Shown here piece after piece: positions 35,628 through 47,830 of a DNA stretch of 64,000 nt. A program made the translations under genes and the position numbers. The notes under the pieces are model-generated. The model was not told the origin of the DNA and ran no database searches. It saw only the letters and a program-made list of their open reading frames with translations. The DNA is taken from assembly GCA_037447605.1 (NCBI GenBank), contig CM074814.1:248001-312000 (forward strand). The letters are read 5' to 3'. This stretch comes from Zygnema circumcarinatum SAG 698-1b. Its lineage: Eukaryota > Plantae > Zygnematophyceae. Each line of letters starts with the position of its first letter. Position 1 is the first letter of the stretch.

Positions 35628-38600
35628 GAGAGAGAGAGAGGGGGGAGATGGAAAGGGAGGGAGGGGGAGAGAGAGAAAGACAGGACTTGGGATAAGTGTT
35701 CAGGCCATAGGGACTTAGTGGGATGTTCAAAAATTTGAAGTCCTTATTCCAGCAATTGCAAGCTCACCTTTATGTCTCTATGCAGCAGAGCAGGCTTGCA
35801 GTCAAAGTGCATGTATGAAATTCCGTCGGCAACACCCTCCGCGATGTGATGACGGAGAGACAACGGAATCGGAGACAAAGGTCCTCCTGCTCACAAATGT
35901 ATGAAACCCAAAGTTTTACCAAGCTATTGATAAGATAAGGAAGAAGCAAATGAAGATAAGAAGGAGAGGAGGGAAAGAGTCCGCGGGCAAAGCTCCGAGG
36001 AGAGGGAGAAGCCCGAGAGTGAGAGCGCAAGAGCGAGCGAGCGAGCGAGAGAGAGAGAGAGAGAGGGAGGGAGCGAGAGAGCGAGAGAGAGTGAGGGGGG
36101 GGGTTGAGGAGAAGACCTTTCAAGTGGTCTGCAACGGAGCCATTAAGCATGAGAGGGAAGACAAGTAGCCGCTCGCCTCTCTCCAAACAAAAGCCCTCCA
36201 ATGGCAGCAGGTTTGCATGGGACGACCCATAGATCATGTCAATTTCCGCTATGAAGTCGTGGTTTCCTTGAGACCGGCGTTTGGGCTGCCAAGAAAGAAA
36301 AAAAAGTGGCCAAACCCACCCATCATTACAGTGGAGAAGAGTGACAAAAAGGGGCTTCTACTTAAGGTGGGTCTACAGAAGAAAGAATTAGAAGCAAAGT
36401 AAAGCGGTAAAGAAGTATAGAGGCCAATGAAGGGGGGGGGGGGGGGNNNNNNNNNNAAAGCAGGAAGAGGCAGAGCAGGCGGCGATAGGGGCACACCTTG
36501 AAGCGCTTGACAGCCACCTGTACGCCCCCTTGGAGGGTGCCCCTATACACCGTACCGGAGCCTCCCTCTCCCACTCGCAGGGAAGGAGAGAAGCGATCGG
36601 TAGCAGCCGTCATCTCCGCGAGAGAGAATCGTCGCAGCCGGCTTGGAAAGACCACTTTTTAACAAAAGCACAAAAAGAAATTGAAAAAGTAAAGCAAATG
36701 CACAAGGCGATGTTTTTAGTTCAAATGTGGCAGTTGCAGTGGTTTGTTCACAGAAGAAGGCAATTAAGACGAAAATTGAAACACCTTTGTCGCTTTTGGA
36801 TAAATCGATACAAACTAGGGCTCAAAATTTGGGTTCAACTCTCCAATAACTGTGTGGGCAAGGCCCAAAAATATGTGTAGTCATACTCCCAAATCCGCAC
36901 TTCAGCAAACCGTTGAAAACCACTAAAACCCAATAGTACGTATGAGCTTGTTCATCATGCAACATTAGCACACAGCTCATACCTGGCCCCAAATCGTCGA
37001 ACTCTCCCTCCTCCAACAGCCTCATCCTTTTGAGATAGCTTTGCCTCACGCAGAGCCACCAAGAGGCGAGCGCGCAGAGCAGGAGGAGGAGGAGGGCGGC
37101 TCCCACAGCGCCGCATATGATGGCTGCAGTCGCCCTTGCTCCGCTTTTGGGAGAGGGAGGGGGAGGGGGAGGGGGAGAGGCTAGCAGCGCTGCTAGTACT
37201 GCAAAGCACAATGGGGATACGNNNNNNNNNNGGAATGGGGGGAGAGGGCGGGAGGGAGGGAGGGAGTGGGGGGAGAAAGGGAGAGGTGGATAGGGGGAGT
37301 GGGGGAAGGGAGGGAGGGGGGAGCTCGGTGTCCTTTAAGGAAACGGAAGAGCAAACAGAGAACACTTCCTTTGATTATCTTGATGCATCACGATACTTTC
37401 AAGATTTTCCCATCATAAAATCGGGCTAGAAGAGCCTAGACTTAAGCAAGAGGACACAACGGGAGAGCTGAGAGAGACCTAACGGCAACGAAAGACAAGT
37501 AAGATAGGAAGAAGAGGGATCAAAAGGTTGAATTGAAGAGGCGAAAGAAATAAGAAGGGAAAGGACCACGTGGTCATTACCTGCATCACACGGGGATATA
37601 TCTAGAAGAGGATTTCCATTAAAGGCACCGCTGTTGATCCCAAAACAACGCCCAACAAAGGGAAGGAAAGAAAATTTAATTCTCCTAAAAATGTAAATCA
37701 TCTGACCTCGTCGAAACTTGATATCGCCTTAAGTGGTCAGAAAAAATTGCCAATTTTTTTTTTTACCTTGTACAAAACTCCAACAGGGCTTCTGGGATGG
37801 ATCCACTCAGATTATTGTTTGCGAGATTTCTGCATACAAACCCAGTTCTCTGCTTCAGAATTGCTGGCATCACACGACCTCATACTGACGCGATGATGAT
37901 GTCATGATGAGGCAGACTGATCCGACGGTGTCGGATGACGTCATGTTGCTACCACATGATGCAATGGTGAAGTCCTAGGGATGCACGATGATGTCACTCA
38001 GGCTGCAGCCATGCTTTTTCAGAGTTCAAAACCAACTTGAATTTTTTGACAAATATTTAGAGCTCCTTAACCTTCATTAAGGTTATGTCTGGGTATACCT
38101 GGGTTTCCAAAATTTATTGGGGTTTCTGAAATAGAGGGACAAAGCGAAGAGAGAAGGAGAGAGAGAGAGGGGGAGACAGAGGGGACGAAAGAAGGACGAT
38201 TCCACCCACAAAGTTTCAAGAGTCAACGCGCTGAAAGTTGAAGGAATTGACCCACTGAAGGAGTTGTTGCTCATATCCAACGTTTTCAAAGCAGCCATTT
38301 TCCCGATTGTCGCCGGCTTTTCAAAATATAGAAAGAAAGAACACATTTGTCCCCGCCACCCCCAAAAGGAGAAACTCTTTCTTTTGTCAAATTGACTTTC
38401 ATCATCTAGTCAAGGGCATGCAAGTCCCGAATTTATAAAGCGGTGAACATGGAAAAGGCGAAACTTGCTTCCTTGCTGCATTGTGTGCGGAACTTACAAT
38501 GGTGCCATTAATCCGATTATTTTGCACCAATCTGCAACGCCAATTATTCATACAATGAGTTCATTAGACTTTGTTTAAGGATTAAATTTATCACTCAGCA

Positions 38601-39575
38601 AGGAGAAGAGGCGTGTGTTTCCTACATAGTTAACTTTCGAGGTTGCAAGGACGAAGATCGGAGAGCAAGCGCCGTGCAAGGGATGAAGGAGTGGGGGGAA
38701 GATGGAGAGAGGGAGAAAGGGACAAAGAGAAAGAGAGAGGGAGAGAGAGAGAGCATCAATCATGTGAGGAAACTCACAAACTCTGTAGATAGGAGAGGTT
38801 GCCAATCTCCGGGGCAAGAATACCTATGAGATTGAGCCCACTAATGTCTCTGTCGCACAAAAAAGGAAGCAAAACACAGCACTACGCGTTAGAAGTATTA
38901 TTCCAAAACCTACAATCGGACCGAGCGCAAATAAATCATAACTAAATGCGAAAGACATGAAATTCATAAAGCTGGATGGTGCAAGATTGAACGCTCACAT
39001 CCTAATGAAATGCGCCGAAGCGTCACAGGTAACCTTCTGTCGCAAGCAAGGATAGGTAGAATTCCAACCAAAGTCGTAGTTATTCAAACCCCTCTGAACA
39101 AACATATCGAGAATGCCCGCTGCATCCGCCGTTGAAATAAGCAGTGAGGAAAACTACTACAGAGAAAGGGAGGAGGGAGAGAGCGACAGAGCGAGAGAGA
39201 TAGAGAGGGAGAGAGAGAAAGACAGAGAGAGAGGGGGAGAGAGAGAGAGAAGAGGGGAAGGAGAGGTGGGGTAGGCGAGTGGAGAACTAAAAGCAAGGAT
39301 GCAAACGCAAAACACAGCTCATTTGTACGGCTCCAAGGAGTGCTGAAAAGGGTAACGCATGTTTGCAGAAGCTCTGTTCGAAACATTAAACTATTCAGTT
39401 GTAGCATTGACAGCTTTAGGGTTAAGCGTTAGAGCATTCGAAAAAAGGTTAGGGTATGCGGACCTTCATCAACTTGAGCCACTGCTGCTGTGAAGGTCAG
39501 CCAAGACAAGCAGAGACTGAGCAGGAGAAACCCTAATTTTGAAAAGGGGACCGTACGACATCTGCCGGCAGCCAT
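34145..39575 (-). CDS. SERK/LRR-II-like leucine-rich-repeat receptor kinase with intact RD kinase domain, 14 exons
   Basis: Exons 39575-39464 (signal peptide, ends VDEG), 39119-38999, 38849-38778, 38531-38498, 38316-38210, 37829-37767, 37630-37581 (cap and 4-5 LRRs), 37198-36983 ([10 protein letters not shown] plus TM), 36654-36497 (GEGGSG..VAVK), 36285-36117, 35886-35768 (HRDIK), 35577-35439 (DFG..GTVGYIAP), 35275-35136 (E..KTDTYAFG) and 34510-34145 ending DLSGPR*, the SERK-type C-terminus. Confidence 0.95.
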
Positions 39576-41496
39576 GGCAGAGAGCCGCGTCTCTCCTCCT
39601 TGCAGAAAGAAACGTTTCTCCTGAAAGCAGCACTTTTGCTGAGGGTTATTGCTGCTGCATTTGCACGCTAAGCACAGGAATACAACAGTTTTTTTGAAGA
39701 AATAATCGTTTCAGAAGTATTGTTCGAGAAGAAACGCACAGATTTTGAGTGATCTGAGTTAGGTTTGATCATGTATTGGAGTTACAAGTAGGTGGTCAGG
39801 CCATGGCTGCCTGGAGCTGGCAGGGCTTAAAACCAACCACCTTCCGCTTCAAACTGGGAGGCGAGTGCCCTCCGTTTCCATGGAGCCAGTTCGAGAAAAA
39901 CGTTGAGAACGGGATCACACATAGAACCAGTTCAAACGGATTGCAAAGACCAGTCACATAGAACAGGCAGTTCAGTACTCTAAGCCAATCATGTTCTGCC
40001 ATGTGTCACATTATGCCACGTGGCACGTTCGGATTGACGACCACCCTTGATCTTTACGGTCACACAACCGTACGGTCAACGGAGGTCCCGCCCTTCATCC
40101 GCGACTGCATTTTTTGTCGTTTTGTAAAGTTGGAATCCCGCTGACCGGAAGCAGAGGCCGAACGTTGGCGGAAATTTACGCTCGCCGGAAAAGAGAAGAA
40201 GACACATCCGGTCAGGCAGAAAACTGGATATTGACGAGTCGGGAATCGTCACGTGTCCACCTTTTGTGACAACTTTGATTCTAAATCATTTTTGTTTGGC
40301 CGGGCAGTTTGTGGCCACCGACTTCTGTGGCCACCGACTTCCGGGCCGCCGCCTTCAGCCGGCCAATAAAACGACAAAAAACAATGTCGGTCATGGAGAC
40401 CAAACGACAAGAATATTGCCAACATTGGATTATATTCTTTTTCTCCTCCAATCACATTGCGCCGAGTCACCTTCAAGCCGACAATTCCGACTGACTCAGG
40501 TATACCTCCCACTAGGACCTGTAGAAGCGACAAATTCCGGCCGTGGCGGTCGCTTGTCTTGACGCGCCATACGGCACAAAACAGTGACAGGTGGCCGTAC
40601 CACCCCAATCATAACTTTGTGACAAGATGGATGGCTAAAAACAAAATTGGCCCCTGATTGACCGACAGTCTGACGACCCAATCAGCGATGAATTTGCGAC
40701 AAGAAATGTTTTGGATTTTAGGGTTTCAGAGTTTTTAGTTATTTTAGGTTTGGCATTTTGTCCCTTGGAAATTTCAATACCGTATCGTACTGTAGTATCG
40801 TAAATCAAATCGACTCGTATCGTATCTATACTTATCAAATCTTGTCGTATTTTGTCGTATGGTATCTTTTAATATTGTTAGTATCGTATCGCATCATACG
40901 TTTCGCACTGCATAGAAGTCGCCAGTCCTGTTTTCTCAAAATATTCGACCTCAGTTCAACTACTTGCTCAATTTCTCACATGTGTCCAGCTAAGCCAAAC
41001 TTGTTTTGTACTTTTTTTTCTTTAACGTGAGGGCGAACCAATCATCAGACATATTTGCACGTGTGACCTTTATGAACCGTCCGATTGAGATTACTCCTCC
41101 GCCAGCCGTTCGATTACACACGCCAACATTGTTAGCACGTGTGAGGTTCAGGAGGACGAATCGGGGCTTGTGCATGTGCATGGCGGGCTTTATCGGCGGG
41201 ATCCGAAAGAAGAGGCGCTCCGACGATGGGCTCCATAGACTCGAGGACAAGCTCGAGGGGAGGACGAGGGAGCGGGGCGAGAGACGAAGGAGAGAGAGAG
41301 GGAGACGGAGAGAGAAGAGAGCGGGAGAGTGACAGGGAGAGGGAGTGGGAGAGGGAGCGGGAAAAGGTGAGCAGGAAAGGGCTTGAGAGAGTGCGTGTGC
41401 GTCTGAGAGGCAGCGCGCGCGCGCGCGAGCGAGAGAGGAAGCAATTGAGAGAAAGATTGAGAGAGCAAGAGACATATAATTAGCAATTCTTCATCG

Positions 41497-43451
41497 ATGG
41501 GGGAACCACGAGTTAGCGTAGGCCTCGATTTCGGAACGACGTTTTCAGGATTTGCATTTGCAATCAAGAAAAACCCTCATAAGGTGTGGGTTTTTGAGGA
41601 ATGGCCGGGGCAGAACGAAGCTACAGGGGAGCCCTACTGCAAGACAACCACCACCCTGTGGTACAATACCGATGGAAGCGGCAGACCCGAATTGAAGGAG
41701 TGGGGATGGCCGGCCATTCTCGGCTATTCGAAGGCAGCCGACAGCCTTGAAGATGGGAAGAATGTCACCGGAAATGCGATGGTGGGTCAGACAGGGCGTC
41801 TCTTCATGTCTCTCTCTTTGGGGATTGACGAGAGCCATAGAACAATCAGATGTGCAGCTGCTGGACACATCGTACGGCTCTTCAAGCTCCACTTGGCACC
41901 GCCAGGGGGCGACACGTGGCAGCCTCCAGCACTTCCACCTGGACTGTCGGCAGACCATGTCATAGCTGACTATTTGTCCAAATTGAGTGAGGTTATATTG
42001 GATGAAGTGAGATGTAAAGTTGGGAGCCATATCACAATGTCTGATATTGAGTGGGCGATCACTGTTCCGGCGATGTGGGATGATCAGGCCAAGCAAAGAA
42101 TGAAGAACATTGCGAGAGATGCGGGATTGATACAAGGAGCTAATGGCAGTCCCCATCCCCCCCATATTGTACTTGAACCCGAGGCCGCTTCTATATACTG
42201 TCAAAGTCAAAGTGATTTCGACATCTTGGAAGGTGGTCAGTTTGTGGTGGTCGATGCTGGGGGGGGTACAGTCGATCTTGTCGTGCAAGAGCTGCAGAAG
42301 GGAGGGAGGACAAAGGAGGTGAGTAAGAGCATTGGGGGAGTGTGGGGGGGAGTCAAAGTTGACGAAAACTTTCTGAAGCACTTGGAGAGGAAGATTGGCT
42401 GCTATCGTGACTTCATCAAGAGCCATCCATGGACGAAGGTTAATCTTTTGAAGCAGTGGGAGGGCTATAAGCGACAGTTCGGGTAAGCACCATAGCGCTG
42501 GTGTTTTCACTCAGCGAGGACTTTAAAGGTTGGAAAAATGCTGATGTGATTCTTAAGAGAATTTCCTTTTGTATATAAGTCTTCATCTTGGGCCATTACA
42601 CTGATGGGACTAAGAGTATAGTTTGGACACTTGACAGGCCATACTATAACGATGAATGCCATATTGAAGTTCCGAACACACTGGCGAAAGCATGGGAGGA
42701 CCACAACCAAAAGTGTGCGCTTCCGCAACGTGACACCGATGAGCTCACAATTTCTTCCGATGAAGTGAGGTCGTTTTTTGATCCGGTTGTTGAGAATATT
42801 CTAGAACTTATTCAAATGCAGCTCAATGCGGCTCCGCGATGTCGACACATTCTTGCAGTCGGGGGGTTTTCAACATCACCTTATCTTTTGGATCGAATTC
42901 GAAGGAGATTCACTCGTTTCAAGGTCATTTCCCCAAAAAATCCTGGCTCCGCAATCTGTATCGGAGCTGCCATGTGTGCTGCTCGGCCAGAATTAGGAGT
43001 CACTTCACGGATTTCAAGGAAGACATATGGAACAGACTTTTGTCGACTGTTTCAAGATTCCGATCCTCAGGAGAAAATGGTATTTTTCGATTCGATCTTC
43101 CCATGCTGTCGTGAAGTTTTCGACACTTTTGTTCAAGTGGGAAAGGAAGTGGCAGTGAATGAGTCTGTTACCCACACATTCTATCCAGCCCGATCCAGCC
43201 AAACTCGAGTAAGCATAAAGTTGTATAGCACAGTGAGTGAGTCACCGAAGTATGTTACAGACCACGGAGTGCAGAAGGAGGGTGAATTCATGCTGCAGAT
43301 GCCGGACACGTCCTTGGGCAAAGCAAGAAAAATAAAAACGACGATGTTTTTTGGGCGGTCTTCGGTGGAAGTGAGCGCTCGAGTGAAGAGTTTTGGAGGC
43401 TGGGAAGAAGCCAGAATGGCGCCGGTGGAGTTCAACTGCGACTGCGCTTGA
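41497..43451 (+). CDS. HSPA12-like Hsp70-fold ATPase (non-canonical Hsp70, no EEVD tail)
   Basis: Exons 41497-42482 and 42638-43451 (GT-AG, phase 2). Actin-like ATPase motifs VGLDFGTTFSG, ITVPAMW, LEPEAAS, VDAGGGTVD, VGGFSTSPYL; C-terminal region RISRKTYG..FFGRSSVEV. An optional in-frame 72-nt intron at 41786-41857 is possible. Confidence 0.88.
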
Positions 43452-43516
43452 CGGGGGAAAGCGAGTGAGGAGTGGTCCCCTTATCTTTTGTTTCTTTCTC
43501 TTTCATAGAATGCGCT

Positions 43517-46500
43517 TTGAGATGGCAGCGCTTTAGCAGATGCTTTGTACATAGGATATGATGTGTTTTTAAGACACTTCCTGGCTTGATTGCTGTAGAC
43601 CACAAGTGTAGTTTTTGAATCCCCCCCCCAAAAAAAATACTTTTCTCTTCAATAGCAAGCGTGCCAAGCCAAATCTTGAAGGCATCTTCCCAACTCCACA
43701 TCCAATTCAAGATGCATCACTTCACTCAAAATTTTAGAAAGTCCACTCTGATTTCTGAACATGCGAGAATCGATGTATATTCCAGTTCTGAAATTTGTTA
43801 GCAGTTGCGAGGAGAACCGCCCCCTCCCTTTCCCCCCACACAGTTTTTAGGGTTGTTAGGGTTTCATTCAATGTTGGTACAAAAAATAACAAATCAGCAA
43901 TGCAATCAGCATTGGGGGAGTGTGGGGGGCAATCAAAGTTGACGAAAACTTTCTGAAGCATTTGGAGGGGAAGATTGGCTGCTATCGTGACTTCATCAAG
44001 AGCCATTCATGGACGAAGGTTGATCTTTTGAAGCAGTGGGAGGGCAATAAGCGACAGTTTGGGTAAGTACCATAGGCGTACTCATGAACTTAGGACTTTA
44101 AATGTTGGAACAATGCTGATATGATTCTTTAAAGAATTTCCTTTTGTCTAGACATCTTTATCTTGGGCCATTGCTTGGATGGGACCAAGATTATAGTTTG
44201 GACACTTGCCAGGCCATATTATAACGATGAATGCCATATTGAAGTTCCGAACACACTGGCGAAAGCATGGGAGGACCACAACCGAAAATCTCCACTTCCG
44301 CAACGTGACACCGATGAGCTCACAATTTCTTCCGATGAAGTGAGGTCGTTTTTTGATCCGGTTGTTGAGAATATTCTAGAACTCATTCAACTGCAGCTCA
44401 ATGCAGCTCCGCGATGTCGACACATTCTTGCAGTCGGGGGGGTTTCAACATCGCCTTATCTTTTGGATCGAATTCGAAAGAGATTCGCTCGTTTCAAGGT
44501 CATTTCCCCACCAAATCCCGGCTCTGCAATCTGCATCGGAGCAGCCATGTATGCTGCTCGGCCGAATTAGGAGTCACTTCACGGATTTCACGGAAGACAT
44601 ATGGAACGCGCGTTTGTCGACTGTTTGAAGATTCCGATCCTCTTGAGAAAATGGCCTTTTTCGGTTCGATCTTCCCACACTGTATTGATGTTTTCGACAC
44701 TTTTGTTCAAGTGGGAGAGGAAGTGGCAGTGAATGAGTCTGTTACCCGCACATTCTATCCAAGCCGTTCCAGCCAAACTCGAGCGGCCATACCAGCCAAA
44801 CTCGAGCGGCCATACAGTTGCATAGCACAGTGAGTGAGTCACCGAAGTACACTACAGAGCACGGAGTGCAGAAGGAGGGTAAATTCATGCTGCAGATGGC
44901 GGACACATCCTTGGGCACAGCAAGAGAAATAGAAACGACGATGTTTTTTGGGCGGTCTTCGGTGGAAGTTGTTGAGAATCCGACATACTCAGTTTTTGTC
45001 GTATTCTTTTGTCGTTTTCCTAGCCACGTGTACTTACACCCGGCTGTGCCTTTAGCTTGTACTTTTTCTGTTAGGTTAGTTGTACCTTTGAGGCTCTGTG
45101 CTTCACACCCGGCCGCCCTTGCTCAGGCTAGTTCCACGCTCTTTTGTTGCGTAGCTCTAGCCGCAATGTATATAAAACAGATTAGGACATTGTACACTTT
45201 ACCACGTTAATCACACATCTGTTTTTGTGTCAAGCTCTCTCTGTCCTCACTTGATCGTATAATGTCCACTCTGTCTTTTTCAATAGGTTATGGGCCCACT
45301 CATGCCTCAAATGCGCTTGAAAAATTTGATGGGACAAACTGGCACGACTGGAAGTTTTAGTGCCAGCAGCTTTTTGAGGAAGAGTATCTGTGGTCTGTCG
45401 TCATTGGTTTAGAGACCTGTCCTTTGCCACTTCCCTCTACCGCCGACGCGGCCGCCTTGGCTGCACGCGCAAAGGAGATCGCCGATTGGACAAAACGCGA
45501 CAAGAACGCGTTTCTCCGCATCACACTCGGCATTCAGCGCAGTCTCATCGGACACGTCCGTGACGCCACCAGCTCCCACGACGCTTGGACTCTTCTGACC
45601 AATGCGTACGAACCTCGGAAGTGGTCTCACAAACTCCGTTTGCGGCGTGCCTTCACTAACTGCGTAAANNNNNNNNNNTTGAGATGGCAGCGCTTTAGCA
45701 GATGCTTTGTACATAGGATATGATGTGTTTTTAAGACACTTCCTGGCTTGATTGCTGTAGACCACAAGTGTAGTTTTTGAATCCCCCCCCCAAAAAAAAT
45801 ACTTTTCTCTTCAATAGCAAGCGTGCCAAGCCAAATCTTGAAGGCATCTTCCCAACTCCACATCCAATTCAAGATGCATCACTTCACTCAAAATTTTAGA
45901 AAGTCCACTCTGATTTCTGAACATGCGAGAATCGATGTATATTCCAGTTCTGAAATTTGTTAGCAGTTGCGAGGAGAACCGCCCCCTCCCTTTCCCCCCA
46001 CACAGTTTTTAGGGTTGTTAGGGTTTCATTCAATGTTGGTACAAAAAATAACAAATCAGCAATGCAATCAGCATTGGGGGAGTGTGGGGGGCAATCAAAG
46101 TTGACGAAAACTTTCTGAAGCATTTGGAGGGGAAGATTGGCTGCTATCGTGACTTCATCAAGAGCCATTCATGGACGAAGGTTGATCTTTTGAAGCAGTG
46201 GGAGGGCAATAAGCGACAGTTTGGGTAAGTACCATAGGCGTACTCATGAACTTAGGACTTTAAATGTTGGAACAATGCTGATATGATTCTTTAAAGAATT
46301 TCCTTTTGTCTAGACATCTTTATCTTGGGCCATTGCTTGGATGGGACCAAGATTATAGTTTGGACACTTGCCAGGCCATATTATAACGATGAATGCCATA
46401 TTGAAGTTCCGAACACACTGGCGAAAGCATGGGAGGACCACAACCGAAAATCTCCACTTCCGCAACGTGACACCGATGAGCTCACAATTTCTTCCGATGA

Positions 46501-47830
46501 AGTGAGGTCGTTTTTTGATCCGGTTGTTGAGAATATTCTAGAACTCATTCAACTGCAGCTCAATGCAGCTCCGCGATGTCGACACATTCTTGCAGTCGGG
46601 GGGGTTTCAACATCGCCTTATCTTTTGGATCGAATTCGAAAGAGATTCGCTCGTTTCAAGGTCATTTCCCCACCAAATCCCGGCTCTGCAATCTGCATCG
46701 GAGCAGCCATGTATGCTGCTCGGCCGAATTAGGAGTCACTTCACGGATTTCACGGAAGACATATGGAACGCGCGTTTGTCGACTGTTTGAAGATTCCGAT
46801 CCTCTTGAGAAAATGGCCTTTTTCGGTTCGATCTTCCCACACTGTATTGATGTTTTCGACACTTTTGTTCAAGTGGGAGAGGAAGTGGCAGTGAATGAGT
46901 CTGTTACCCGCACATTCTATCCAAGCCGTTCCAGCCAAACTCGAGCGGCCATACCAGCCAAACTCGAGCGGCCATACAGTTGCATAGCACAGTGAGTGAG
47001 TCACCGAAGTACACTACAGAGCACGGAGTGCAGAAGGAGGGTAAATTCATGCTGCAGATGGCGGACACATCCTTGGGCACAGCAAGAGAAATAGAAACGA
47101 CGATGTTTTTTGGGCGGTCTTCGGTGGAAGTTGTTGAGAATCCGACATACTCAGTTTTTGTCGTATTCTTTTGTCGTTTTCCTAGCCACGTGTACTTACA
47201 CCCGGCTGTGCCTTTAGCTTGTACTTTTTCTGTTAGGTTAGTTGTACCTTTGAGGCTCTGTGCTTCACACCCGGCCGCCCTTGCTCAGGCTAGTTCCACG
47301 CTCTTTTGTTGCGTAGCTCTAGCCGCAATGTATATAAAACAGATTAGGACATTGTACACTTTACCACGTTAATCACACATCTGTTTTTGTGTCAAGCTCT
47401 CTCTGTCCTCACTTGATCGTATAATGTCCACTCTGTCTTTTTCAATAGGTTATGGGCCCACTCATGCCTCAAATGCGCTTGAAAAATTTGATGGGACAAA
47501 CTGGCACGACTGGAAGTTTTAGTGCCAGCAGCTTTTTGAGGAAGAGAATCTGTGGTCTGTCGTTACTGGTCTAGAGACCTGTCCTTTGCCACTTCCCTCC
47601 ACCGCCGACGCGGCCGCCTTGGCTGCACACGCGAAGGAGATCGCCGATTGGACAAAACGCGACAAGAAGGCGTTTCTCCGCATCACACTCAGCATTCAGC
47701 GCAGTCTCATCGAACACGTTCGTGACGCCACCAGCTCCCACGACGCTTGGACTCTTCTGACCAATGCGTACGAACCTCGGAAGTGGTCTCACAAACTCCG
47801 TTTGCGGCGTGCCTTCACTAACTGCGTAAA
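43517..47830. repeat. Third gap-flanking duplication 43517-45668 = 45679-47830 (probable assembly artefact)
   Basis: Offset 2162; the second copy starts right after the Ns at 45669-45678. The unique flank and LTR appear identical, but the gag portion differs at several positions, as expected if one contig ran into another TE family member. Confidence 0.85.

Noticed and set aside
43437-43451. C-terminal CaaX prenylation signal (CDCA) on the Hsp70-like protein
   Set aside because: Asp at the a1 position is atypical, and the paralogous copy ends FDCA, so the Cys at -4 is not conserved.
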